DNA from: Tabrizicola sp.
GTDB lineage: Bacteria; Pseudomonadota; Alphaproteobacteria; Rhodobacterales; Rhodobacteraceae
Assembly (NCBI GenBank): GCA_025458105.1
Contig: JALOTD010000007.1
Span: forward strand, 21,712 to 85,711
DNA length: 64,000 bases
Direction of reading: 5' to 3'
Position numbers and translations under genes: made by a program. The notes under the pieces were generated by a model, which worked only from the letters and a program-made list of their open reading frames with translations, was not told where the DNA came from and searched no databases. Positions within the stretch are counted from its first letter, which is position 1. Every line of letters starts with the position of its first letter. Shown one piece after another: positions 7,854-16,933 of the stretch.

Positions 7854-9788
7854 ATGACAGGCAAGAGACATATTGGCGTAGCGCTGCTTGCGCTGGCGCT
7901 CTTGAGTGCTTCGGCACAGGCGGATACTGCGCAGGCGATGCGCACCGCGTTGGAACTGACGTCGGGCAAGGATTGGGACGGCGCGCTTGCGGTCGCACCG
8001 GCAGGTGTGGGGCGCGACGTTGTGGAATGGCAGCGGCTGCGGGCGGGCGAGGGGCGGCTGGGGGAGTACGAGGACTTCCTGAAGCGCCGTCCTGATTGGC
8101 CGGGACTGCAGCTTTTGCGCGAGAAGGGCGAAGAAGCAGTGGCGCGGTCGGATGATCCGGCGCGGGTGATCGCCTGGTTCGCGGGCGGGCTGCCGGAAAC
8201 GGGCGAAGGGGCCGTGGCCTATGTGCGCGCGTTGCAGATGGCGGGCCGGATGGCCGAAGCCGAGACCGAGGCGATGCGCGCCTGGGCCGAGCTGTCCTTC
8301 ACGCCCGAAGAAGAAGAAGCGCTGATTGCGCTGGCCCCAGAGGCCGTGGGCTTTGTCCATGAACTGCGGCTTGAGACACTTTTGTGGGGAGGCAAGACGC
8401 GTGAGGCAAGCCGGATGCTGGCCCGCGTGCCCGAGGACGTTCGGGCCGTCGGGCGGGCGCGGATTGCGCTGCAGAACGAGGAAAAGGGCGTGACAGCCCT
8501 GATCGATGCCGTGCCGAAGTCGGAGGCGGGCGATGCTGGTCTGGCCTTTGACCGGTTCATCTGGCGGATGAAGCGCGACCTTTATGACGACGCGCTGCCG
8601 CTGATCCTGGAACGCTCGGCCAGTGCCGAGACGCTGGGCCGCCCCGAAGCCTGGGCCGAGCGCCGCGCAATCCTGACGCGCTGGCTGATGCGGCAGGGCC
8701 GCCCGGCCGAGGCGTATCGTGTGGCTTCCTCCCATTGGTTGCCCGAAGGCGCCGGGGCCTCGTCCTATGCCGATCTGGAATTCCTGGCGGGCTTCATCGC
8801 CTTGCGGCGGTTGGACGACCCTGCGACAGCGCTGAAGCATTTCCAGCACCTGAAGGCGGGTGTGAAGACCCCGATCAGCCTGGCCCGCGCCGATTACTGG
8901 ATCGGTCGCGCCGAGGAGGCAGCGGGGAAGGATGCCACGGCCAGCTACAGGTCGGCGGCGGTGCATCAGACGGCCTATTACGGGCTTCTGGCGGCCGAAC
9001 GGCTGGGCCTCAGTCTTGACGCGGGTCTTTTGTCCGACAGCCGCGCGCCAGACTGGCGAGAGGCGGGCTTTCGGCAGTCTTCGGTGATGCAGGCGGCAGA
9101 GCTCCTGCGCACGGCGGGCGACTTGAACCTGTCGAAGCGGTTCCTGTTGCATCTGGCAGAAAGCCAGGACGCGACCGGACTGGCGCAGATGGCGGACATG
9201 GTCACCGCCTGGGGGGACCCGCATCTGGCCGTGCTGATCGGCAAGGCCGCGGCTGAACGCGGGCTGATCCTGCCACATGTCTACTATCCGGTGCCGGACT
9301 TCGTTCCGGACGGGTTGTCCGTCAGCCGGGCGCTGGCGCTGGCCATTGCACGGCGGGAAAGCGAGTTCGATCCGCTGGCACGCTCGACCGCCGATGCGCG
9401 CGGGTTGATGCAGGTGCTGCCAGGCACGGCAAAGCTGGTGGCAGGCAAGCTTGGGCTTGAGCACATGGACGCCAAGCTGACCAGCGACCCGGCCTATAAC
9501 GTGACGATTGGCGCGGCCTATCTGGCCGAGATGATCGAGGAATTCGGCCCCTCGATCGCGCTGATCGCGTCGGGCTATAACGCTGGCCCCGGCCGCCCGC
9601 GCCGCTGGATTGGCGAATTCGGTGACCCAAGGCAGGCGGATGTGGATGTGGTGGACTGGGTGGAGTCGATCCCCTTCAGCGAGACGCGGACCTATGTGAT
9701 GCGGGTTGCCGAGGGTGTGGTGATCTACCGCGCCAAGCTGAAAGGTGCAGTTGGTCCGGTGCGCATCAGCGATGAGTTGAAAGGCTAG
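7854..9788 (+). CDS. slt: soluble lytic murein transglycosylase (Slt70-like)
   Basis: Signal peptide MTGKRHIGVALLALALLSASAQA, a long helical superhelix region, and the C-terminal catalytic motif RRESEFDPLARSTADARGLMQVLPGTA..YNAGPG. Confidence 0.85.
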   Translation: MTGKRHIGVALLALALLSASAQADTAQAMRTALELTSGKDWDGALAVAPAGVGRDVVEWQRLRAGEGRLGEYEDFLKRRPDWPGLQLLREKGEEAVARSDDPARVIAWFAGGLPETGEGAVAYVRALQMAGRMAEAETEAMRAWAELSFTPEEEEALIALAPEAVGFVHELRLETLLWGGKTREASRMLARVPEDVRAVGRARIALQNEEKGVTALIDAVPKSEAGDAGLAFDRFIWRMKRDLYDDALPLILERSASAETLGRPEAWAERRAILTRWLMRQGRPAEAYRVASSHWLPEGAGASSYADLEFLAGFIALRRLDDPATALKHFQHLKAGVKTPISLARADYWIGRAEEAAGKDATASYRSAAVHQTAYYGLLAAERLGLSLDAGLLSDSRAPDWREAGFRQSSVMQAAELLRTAGDLNLSKRFLLHLAESQDATGLAQMADMVTAWGDPHLAVLIGKAAAERGLILPHVYYPVPDFVPDGLSVSRALALAIARRESEFDPLARSTADARGLMQVLPGTAKLVAGKLGLEHMDAKLTSDPAYNVTIGAAYLAEMIEEFGPSIALIASGYNAGPGRPRRWIGEFGDPRQADVDVVDWVESIPFSETRTYVMRVAEGVVIYRAKLKGAVGPVRISDELKG

Positions 9789-9896
9789 ATCCAGGTCCTT
9801 GCCCGAGACCCGCAAAGGCTTGTGGCAAGGGTGACAAATGCCGTCACCCGAATTGCAGGACTTGCGGGGTGGGGCGGCGCGGCTATCCTGCCCGGC

Positions 9897-11858
9897 ATGA
9901 TCGCGCGCGTGCTTGGCCTTTCCCTGACCATGCTTGCGGCCGCCCCGGCCATGGCCGAAGTGCGGGCCGTCGTGGTCGGCGTTTCGGACTACCAGGTGCT
10001 GGACGTCGATCTGCAAGGCCCAGTGCATGACGCGCGGCTGATGGCAGAAGTTCTGGTGGCGCGGGGTGTTGCACCAGAGGCGATCACCGTTCTGTCGACC
10101 GATCCGACTGGTCTGCCGGCGGGCGTGGCCAGCGGCCCGGCCGACCGAGCCTCGATCCTTGCGGCGCTGCAGGCGGCCTCTGCGGCCTCCGGGCAAGGAG
10201 ACACGCTGATCTTCTATTTCTCGGGCCACGGCGCGCAGGCCCCGGACCTCTCTGGCGACGAGGGCGGAGGGTACGACGAAATCCTTCTGCCCGCCGATGC
10301 AGCGGGCTGGAAGGGCGCGACCCAGGCGGTCGAGAATGCAATCCTGGACGACGAGTTGCTGACCTGGGCGCAGGCCGCGCTAGACCGGGGGGTCAAGGTC
10401 GTGGGACTGATCGATGCCTGCCATTCCGCAACCGGCTTTCGTGCAGTCGGCGGGACGGGCGTCGCCCGGGTCGTGGATGAAGCGGTTCTGAATATCCCAT
10501 CAGACGTGGTGCCGGTCCTGGGCGAACCGGGGCCGTCTCTGAGCGGCGAGTTCGTCTTTCTCTATTCCTCGCAATCCGATCAGCGGTCGTTCGAATATCC
10601 CCTGGCCGATGGCAGCGCCTGGCATGGCGAGTTCACCCTGCGACTGGCACAGACCTTGCGGGATGTGCCGGATGCCAGTTGGGCCCAGGTCCTGGCCGCG
10701 ACACGCGAGGCGATGGTGCAGGGACCGGCGCGGCAAATGCCCGAGGGCGAAGGGCCGTTGCTGGACGCAGCGGTCTTTGGCGAAGGTCGCGGGGCTGCGC
10801 GCTGGCCAATTGTCGGGGGCCGGCTGGAAGCTGGGCTTCTGGACGGGTTGGCGGAAGGCGCGGAAGTCGCCCTCTACGCGGCTGCCGCAGGGGGCGAAGC
10901 GATGGCCGTGCTGCCGCTTGGCACGGTCGATGCGCGTTCAGCGACACTGCGGGGCGATCTGCCGGAGGGTGCCGTTTGGGCAGAACTGGTCAGCGCGCCG
11001 CCGCCTGCAACCCTGACCCTGGCCGCACCAGTGCGGTCCGATGCGGCGGATGGGTTCGACTATTCCCCCTGGCTTGCCGCCCTGCCCGCGCCGGGGGCCA
11101 AGCCCGACCTCGTTCCGATCCTGACCCAAGGCGTCGTGGCGCTGGCGGGGGCAGACGGAGTATTGGACCCGGCAGGGCCAATGTCATCACCGCGTATCCT
11201 GCCTCTGCCCGAAGAGACTCCCGAAGATGCAGTGGCGCGGGTGTTGGACCAGGCCGCGCACGGCCTGCGCCTGCGGGCAGTTCTGGCTGGAGCCTCGGGG
11301 CGCAGCCTGACAGGTGCAAAGGCCATCGACATGGCCATCGACCGGCGCGCGGCAGAGGGCGCGTGTGACCGCGTGGCCGAACCCTTGCCTCATGACCCGG
11401 CAAAAGGCGTCGCCCCGTGCGATCAGTTGTGGCTGACACTGACAAACATTGGCGGTAAGGCCCAGGACATCAGTGTGCTGTATTTCGCGGCGGATTTCTC
11501 GGTCGCGCCGATTTGGCCGGTCCAGAACCTGGCGAACCGGCTGGCCCCGGGCGAAAGCGTCCGGGTCGGCTTGCAGATCAAGGCCGACAGCATTGCCGGG
11601 CTGGAGGAGATCTGGGTTCTGGCAGTGCCGGTCGACCCCGATGCCCCGCGCGTGGACCTGACCCGTCTTGCCACACCCGAAATGACCCGCGCCTTTGCAG
11701 GCACATCTTCGGACATGGCGCTATGGCTGGAAGGCCGCATGGACCCCGACAGCCGCAGTCGTGGCTTTACCCTGAAACCTGCCCCGCTGACGCTGATCCG
11801 TCAGCCGGTGCGCCTTACACCTGGGGCAACCACCCCCGGCTTTTCCCTGGAGCATTGA
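9897..11858 (+). CDS. exported caspase-fold (peptidase C14) protease with long C-terminal extension
   Basis: Signal peptide MIARVLGLSLTMLAAAPAMA. The caspase His/Cys dyad context is LIFYFSGHGAQ and GLIDACHSATGF. The C-terminal region resembles DUF4384 (from memory). Confidence 0.8.
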   Translation: MIARVLGLSLTMLAAAPAMAEVRAVVVGVSDYQVLDVDLQGPVHDARLMAEVLVARGVAPEAITVLSTDPTGLPAGVASGPADRASILAALQAASAASGQGDTLIFYFSGHGAQAPDLSGDEGGGYDEILLPADAAGWKGATQAVENAILDDELLTWAQAALDRGVKVVGLIDACHSATGFRAVGGTGVARVVDEAVLNIPSDVVPVLGEPGPSLSGEFVFLYSSQSDQRSFEYPLADGSAWHGEFTLRLAQTLRDVPDASWAQVLAATREAMVQGPARQMPEGEGPLLDAAVFGEGRGAARWPIVGGRLEAGLLDGLAEGAEVALYAAAAGGEAMAVLPLGTVDARSATLRGDLPEGAVWAELVSAPPPATLTLAAPVRSDAADGFDYSPWLAALPAPGAKPDLVPILTQGVVALAGADGVLDPAGPMSSPRILPLPEETPEDAVARVLDQAAHGLRLRAVLAGASGRSLTGAKAIDMAIDRRAAEGACDRVAEPLPHDPAKGVAPCDQLWLTLTNIGGKAQDISVLYFAADFSVAPIWPVQNLANRLAPGESVRVGLQIKADSIAGLEEIWVLAVPVDPDAPRVDLTRLATPEMTRAFAGTSSDMALWLEGRMDPDSRSRGFTLKPAPLTLIRQPVRLTPGATTPGFSLEH

Positions 11859-11859
11859 T

Positions 11860-12924
11860 ATGAAGAGACACGTCCTGCCTGCCTTGTCCCTTGGCCTGTT
11901 CTGCGCCGCCATACCAGCCCTTGCAGAGGACGCCGCCGGGATTGCACCCAAGGCGGATCCCGCAGCATCCTCGCCGTTCGGCTATGCCAAATCCGGGGCG
12001 AAGGCGGCTCGGTCCTCGACTGCCGAGGCCGAGGCCGCAGGGGCAAAGGTGATCGGCGGAGACGTGGCCGCACCCGGGGCCTGGCCTTGGCAGGTGGCAC
12101 TTCTGGTCTCTGGCGCGCCGGTCAGCCCGGACAGCCAGTTCTGTGGCGGGTCCATGGTGCTGGACCGCTGGGTCCTGACGGCGGCGCATTGCGTGGTGAT
12201 GGAGGACGAGACGGGCGGGTTCTTCGACCTGTGGCCGCAGGATGTGGCAATCCTTGTCGGGGCGAACAATCTGCGGCCTGGCGAGGGCGACCTGATCCCG
12301 GTCGAAGCCATTTTCAAGTATCCCAGCTACACCCGCGACCAGTTCGACAATGACATCGCCCTGATCAAGCTGGCGCGCGCCCCGCAAGCGCCTTACCAGA
12401 CCATCGAGGTTCCGGATGCCGAATATGGCGATCTGTTGAACCAGCAGGGCGTGACGACCATCGTGACCGGCTGGGGCCTGCAGGAAGGCGCGCGGCGCTC
12501 GGTTGAGTTGCGGCAAGCGCAGATCCAGATGCTGGATCGCAACCTTTGCAACAGCGCGCTGATGGAGGTCCGGGCCGAAGATGCGGCGGGCGGGTTCACC
12601 TATGCCGCGCAAGCCCTGGGCGTGGCCGAGGAAGACGCGTTTGCCGTGTGGGACCAGCTGGTGGCCCGTGCGCCAGAACCGCTGAGCGAGAACATGATCT
12701 GCTCGGGCACGTTCGAAGGCGGCAAGACCAGCTGCAATGGCGATTCCGGCGGCCCCCTGGTCGTGCCGCTGGACGATGGTCGGTATATCCAGGCCGGTGT
12801 GGTCAGCTGGGGCCTGTCCGGCATGCAGGGCCAGGGATGCGAGGAAACGGCGCTGTTCTCGATCTACACCGATGTATCGAACTTCGTCCCCTGGCTGAAC
12901 CAGGTGATCGAGGCGAACCCCTGA
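11860..12924 (+). CDS. exported chymotrypsin-fold (S1) serine protease zymogen
   Basis: Signal peptide, then a roughly 40-aa propeptide, then K|VIGGDVAAPGAWPWQ. The triad is TAAHC, NDIALIKL and CNGDSGGP. The ATG is 1 nt after the caspase gene stop. Confidence 0.9.
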   Translation: MKRHVLPALSLGLFCAAIPALAEDAAGIAPKADPAASSPFGYAKSGAKAARSSTAEAEAAGAKVIGGDVAAPGAWPWQVALLVSGAPVSPDSQFCGGSMVLDRWVLTAAHCVVMEDETGGFFDLWPQDVAILVGANNLRPGEGDLIPVEAIFKYPSYTRDQFDNDIALIKLARAPQAPYQTIEVPDAEYGDLLNQQGVTTIVTGWGLQEGARRSVELRQAQIQMLDRNLCNSALMEVRAEDAAGGFTYAAQALGVAEEDAFAVWDQLVARAPEPLSENMICSGTFEGGKTSCNGDSGGPLVVPLDDGRYIQAGVVSWGLSGMQGQGCEETALFSIYTDVSNFVPWLNQVIEANP

Positions 12925-12990
12925 GCCGGGGAACCGGCGCCCAAAGGTTCGGGGTGTGTCTTCCGGACCCTCTGATTGACGGCAAAAGAC

Positions 12991-13019
12991 AAGGCCCGCA
13001 GGGTATGCCTGCGGGCCTT
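12991..13019. terminator. bidirectional hairpin between convergent genes
   Basis: AAGGCCCGCAGG-GTATG-CCTGCGGGCCTT, a perfect 12-bp stem. It is flanked by A-rich sequence upstream and T-rich sequence downstream. Confidence 0.7.
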
Positions 13020-13038
13020 CTGCAACTTTTGGCCGGGC

Positions 13039-13860
13039 CTAGTTCGTCAGCAGGTAATAGCTGTTGCGCACGCCACCCACGTTCTCGACCGTGACGTAGA
13101 AATAGCCGTCCCAGGCCGGGGTGAAGTCGCAATACAAGCTGTCCGACCAGCTGACGTCATAGCAGAAGACGTTGCCATTCTCGTCGGTCACGACCACATC
13201 AAGGTTCGCGTCGCCGTCGCCGACCACGGCAATCTCGGCGTAGGAGTTGCCATAGAACGGGATCTCCCAGACATCGGTCTGACCTGCGGGCAAGCGCGAG
13301 ATCCACTGCACGGCGCCGCCGATCCGCCCGCGCCCGGTTTCTGCCATTGCGTCGTCGATCACGCCCAGAAGCGCCTCGTCATCTGCGGCAAGTTCCTTGG
13401 CCTTGGCGAACATCGCATCTGCTGTGACCGGAGCATCGGCTGCACCTTCCTCGTCGGAGGTCGCACTGAAGAAGCTGGCCTTGGCAGCCGTGCGCGGGGT
13501 GCCGTCATTCATCATCGGCGCAGGAGCGGCCGGGGCAGCCGCAGCAGCCTTCTTACGGAACGTTGTCGCCTCGCCTTCACCAAATGACACCTTCGCTGGG
13601 TCAAGCGCGGCCGGCTCGGCGCTGGCAATATCGACCGAGGCAGCCATCTTCGCCGCCGCAAGGACGGTCACGGCATCGTCCTGGGCCACACCAAGCGCAT
13701 AAAGTTCTTGTGCAAGGCCCATGGTCGAGGCCCCGCCAGGCGCAGCACCTTCAGGTGTAGGGCCGACGTTCTGGCCCGACTTGTCCTGCGCCAGGGCAGG
13801 CAGGGTCAATGCGACCAGCGCGGTCGTGGCAAGCACACGGGAAACGGATTTCAGCGTCAT
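13039..13860 (-). CDS. secreted hypothetical protein with PPC-like C-terminal domain (paralog 1)
   Basis: Start at MTLKSVSRVLATTALVALTLPALAQ (signal peptide). The C-terminus is DVWEIPFYGNSYAEIAVVGDGDANLDVVVTDENGNVFC..YCDFTPAWDGYFYVTVENVGG..YYLLTN. Confidence 0.7.
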   Translation of the reverse strand: MTLKSVSRVLATTALVALTLPALAQDKSGQNVGPTPEGAAPGGASTMGLAQELYALGVAQDDAVTVLAAAKMAASVDIASAEPAALDPAKVSFGEGEATTFRKKAAAAAPAAPAPMMNDGTPRTAAKASFFSATSDEEGAADAPVTADAMFAKAKELAADDEALLGVIDDAMAETGRGRIGGAVQWISRLPAGQTDVWEIPFYGNSYAEIAVVGDGDANLDVVVTDENGNVFCYDVSWSDSLYCDFTPAWDGYFYVTVENVGGVRNSYYLLTN

Positions 13861-13971
13861 CTTCGGAATCCTATTCTTTGGCCGCCCCGGAATAGGGCGG
13901 TATAGCGATATCTTTGCAGGCCAGCTGCGGTTTGAGAAGTCAGGTTGGCATGACAAATTCCGTCACCGGCA

Positions 13972-14640
13972 TCAGTTCCCGACCAGCCGGTAGCCCGCAT
14001 CGCGGGAACCGGTGTTCCGGACCGTCACGATGAAAAAGCCGTTGCGCGCCGGGGTGACGCGGCACAGCACCGGCTCTGCCGAAGCCGGGCGCGAGCAGAC
14101 CGGTTCTCCTGTCTCGTCCTGGATCGTCAGCTGCAGAGGATCGGCCCCTGCCCCGATCAGGCCGATCTCGGCCGTGACTTCCCCGAAGAGCGGCACCCGC
14201 CAGTCGTCTGCCTGCCCAGCGCCAAGTTGTCCCCGAACCTCGATTGCGGCTTTCGACGGACCGCCGGGAAGCTGGGCGTCAAGGTCCCAGATCAGGTCCT
14301 GCAGGTCGGGATCATCGCCGGCCAGGTTGCGCGCAATCGTCAGGGCGGTCTCGCTTGCCGGATCGGGGGTCTTTGACGCGGCTGAGGCATCCGGCGGGGC
14401 GACCTCTCCCATCCGTTGCCAGCCGGGCGCGGGGTACAGCGTCACGGCCCGGGCCAGACGAATCGCGGCCACGATCAGCACCACATCGCCCGAAGCCAGT
14501 CCTTGGGCATAGGTCCGTTGCGCCAGAACAAGCTGCGATGCGCTGCCCATAGCACCCTTGGCCATGGCCGAGAGGTTCGGGCCTTCGGCTTGCGCTGGAA
14601 GTGCCATGAGAAGGATCGACAGAGAAAGGCCACGCCACAT
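13972..14640 (-). CDS. secreted hypothetical protein with PPC-like C-terminal domain (paralog 2)
   Basis: Signal peptide MWRGLSLSILLMALPAQA. It aligns by eye to paralog 1 over both the N-terminal helical segment and the C-terminal domain (DDWRVPLFGEVTAEIGLIGAG..LQLTIQDETGEPVC..LCRVTPARNGFFIVTVRNTG..YRLVGN). Confidence 0.7.
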   Translation of the reverse strand: MWRGLSLSILLMALPAQAEGPNLSAMAKGAMGSASQLVLAQRTYAQGLASGDVVLIVAAIRLARAVTLYPAPGWQRMGEVAPPDASAASKTPDPASETALTIARNLAGDDPDLQDLIWDLDAQLPGGPSKAAIEVRGQLGAGQADDWRVPLFGEVTAEIGLIGAGADPLQLTIQDETGEPVCSRPASAEPVLCRVTPARNGFFIVTVRNTGSRDAGYRLVGN

Positions 14641-14736
14641 GCGGCGACTGTCGCAAAGCGGGCGCGCGGCGGCAAGACGGGAAACCTTTCCGATCTTGCG
14701 CTTTCACGCTAGCAGGGAAGAAAGTGGAGAGATGGC

Positions 14737-15885
14737 ATGCGCGAGATCCTGGAACGGCTGATTGCCTTCGACACGGTAAGTTCCAAGCCCAACATCGCGC
14801 TGATGGGTTATGTGAAGGACCTTCTGGAAAGCGCCGGGATCGCGGTCACGCTGGTGCCGGATGCCACAGGCGGGAAGGCGAACCTTTATGCGACCGTCGG
14901 GCCCGAGGGAGCGGGCGGAGTGATGCTCTCGGGTCATACCGACGTGGTGCCGGTGGACGGCCAGGCCTGGAGCCGCCCGCCCTTTCATCTGACCGAGGGG
15001 GATGGGCGGCTTTTCGGGCGGGGGACAGCGGACATGAAGGGGTTCGTTGCCTGCGCCATCGACGCGATGCTTCTGGCCGCGCGCCGCCCGCTGACCGTAC
15101 CGCTGCACATGGCGCTGTCCTATGACGAGGAAGTTGGTTGCATGGGCGTGCGCAGCCTGATCGACGTGCTGGCGGCGGCCCCGGTCAAGCCGCGGTTCTG
15201 CATCGTGGGCGAACCCACGGGGATGCAGGTCGCCACGGGGCACAAGGGCAAGGTCGCGCTTCGGGCCACCTGCACGGGGCGCGAGGGGCATTCAGCCCTT
15301 GCCCCGCTGGCCCTGAATGCCTTGCATCTGGCGGCGGATTTCCTGGGGGCGGTGCGCCGCCTGCAGGCCGAGGTGGCGGCAACCGGCCTGCGGGATGGGG
15401 ACTATGACGTGCCCTACACGACGCTACATGTGGGCAAGTTGGCGGGCGGTGTGCAGGTCAACATCGTGCCCAACCACGCGGTGCTGGATTTCGAGATCCG
15501 GTCGCTGGCAGGCGATGATGTGGGCGCCCTGATCGCCCGGCTGGAGACCGAGGCCGAGGCGATCGTCGCACCCTTGCGGGCCGAGTTTCCCGAGGCCGCG
15601 ATCCGGGTTGAGCGGCTGTGGGACTATCCGGGGCTGGGCACGCCGTCGGATGCAGGGGTGGTGAACTTCGTCAAGGGGCTGACCGGGGCCAACGGGACGA
15701 TCAAGGTGGCCTTCGGGACGGAAGGGGGCCTCTTCGATCAACGGCTGGCCATCCCCACGGTGATCTGCGGGCCGGGGTCGATGGCACAGGGCCACAAGCC
15801 GGATGAGTATGTGTCGGTCGAACAACTGGAGCGCTGCCAGGCGATGCTAAGGGCGCTGGTCAACCGGCTGGAATCCGGGTTCTGA
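14737..15885 (+). CDS. argE: acetylornithine deacetylase (M20 family)
   Basis: MREILERLIAFDTVS..LSGHTDVVPV..W..PF.L....GRLFGRGTADMKGF..YDEEVGC, 382 aa. Confidence 0.8.
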   Translation: MREILERLIAFDTVSSKPNIALMGYVKDLLESAGIAVTLVPDATGGKANLYATVGPEGAGGVMLSGHTDVVPVDGQAWSRPPFHLTEGDGRLFGRGTADMKGFVACAIDAMLLAARRPLTVPLHMALSYDEEVGCMGVRSLIDVLAAAPVKPRFCIVGEPTGMQVATGHKGKVALRATCTGREGHSALAPLALNALHLAADFLGAVRRLQAEVAATGLRDGDYDVPYTTLHVGKLAGGVQVNIVPNHAVLDFEIRSLAGDDVGALIARLETEAEAIVAPLRAEFPEAAIRVERLWDYPGLGTPSDAGVVNFVKGLTGANGTIKVAFGTEGGLFDQRLAIPTVICGPGSMAQGHKPDEYVSVEQLERCQAMLRALVNRLESGF

Positions 15886-15912
15886 CTTCTCTTCCGCGCA
15901 GGACGCAACGTA

Positions 15913-15934
15913 GGGTGGGCAATACTACCCACCC
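15913..15934. terminator. hairpin between convergent argE and kinase genes
   Basis: GGGTGGG-CAATACTA-CCCACCC. Confidence 0.4.
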
Positions 15935-15949
15935 AACGTGAAGCTGCGC

Positions 15950-16933
15950 CTAGATCAGGCCTTCCTTGCGGAAAAGCTCTTTCAGATCGGCCTCGGGCCG
16001 TGCACCGAAATGAGTGATGACTTCGGTTGCGGCAATGCAGCCCATCCGGCCAGCAGTGGCCAGCGACTGGCCGGTGGCATAGCCGTAAAGGAACCCGGCA
16101 GCAAAAAGGTCACCCGCACCCGTGGCGTCGACCGGCACGACCCGGCGCACCGGAGCCAGGGCGGTTTCCTCACCGCGCACGATGATCACATCCTCACCTG
16201 ACCGCGTGCAGACCACCAGACCGGCATCCGCCGCAGCCTGTTCCAGAGCGGCGGACAGGTCGGTCTGATACAGCGAGCACCATTCGTGCTCGTTGCCGAT
16301 CACATAGTCCAGCGACTTGACCAGACGGCGGAAGTCGGCGCGGTGGCGGTCGACGCAGAACGGGTCGGACAGCGAAATGCCCGCCTTTCCGCCTGCCTTG
16401 TGGCAAAGCTCCACCGCGCGCTCAAAGGCCTGTTTGCCCTTCGGCTTGTCGTAAAGATAGCCTTCCAGGAACAGGATCTCGGCGCGGCCCGCCACGCTTT
16501 CCGATACGTCTTCAGGCCCGAGTTCCGAGGAAATCCCGAGATAGGTGTTCATCGACCGCTCGCCATCCGGGCTGACGAAAATCATCGAGCGCGAGGTTGG
16601 CAGCTCTCCACCCGGCACTGGCGGGTTGACGAATTCGGTCCCCTCATCGGCCATGCTGCGGGCATAGAACCGGCCAAGCGCGTCATCATGCACCCGCCCG
16701 ATGAAGGCGGTGGCCAGGCCAAGGCTGCCCAGACCGGCCAGCGTGTTCGCCACCGACCCGCCGGGCGCCTGCTGGCGGTTCGTCATTGCGCCGTACAGGA
16801 GTTCACCCCGCTCCCGCTCTACCAGCTGCATGATGCCTTTCTGGATGCCCATCAGGTCGAGAAAGCTGTCGTCAGCGGTGGAGAACACATCGACGATGGC
16901 ATTGCCGATGCCGACGACCTGGTAGGACTTCAT
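15950..16933 (-). CDS. adenosine kinase (PfkB family)
   Basis: MKSYQVVGIGNAIVDVF.., GGSVANT, and the C-terminal DATGAGDLFAAGFLYG. The ATG at 16933 overlaps the original nth stop (ATGA). Confidence 0.85.
   Translation of the reverse strand: MKSYQVVGIGNAIVDVFSTADDSFLDLMGIQKGIMQLVERERGELLYGAMTNRQQAPGGSVANTLAGLGSLGLATAFIGRVHDDALGRFYARSMADEGTEFVNPPVPGGELPTSRSMIFVSPDGERSMNTYLGISSELGPEDVSESVAGRAEILFLEGYLYDKPKGKQAFERAVELCHKAGGKAGISLSDPFCVDRHRADFRRLVKSLDYVIGNEHEWCSLYQTDLSAALEQAAADAGLVVCTRSGEDVIIVRGEETALAPVRRVVPVDATGAGDLFAAGFLYGYATGQSLATAGRMGCIAATEVITHFGARPEADLKELFRKEGLI

Noticed and set aside
7836-10229. 797-aa minus-strand ORF, the longest in the track
   Set aside because: It is antisense to the well-supported slt and caspase-fold genes. 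The product is extremely Arg/Gly/Pro/His-rich and has no recognisable motif. This is a typical high-GC shadow ORF.
13039-14640. The two paralogs next to the proteases considered as bacterial gasdermin-like pore formers
   Set aside because: Both have classical cleavable signal peptides and a PPC-like beta domain with a conserved Cys pair. Bacterial gasdermins are cytoplasmic and lack signal peptides.
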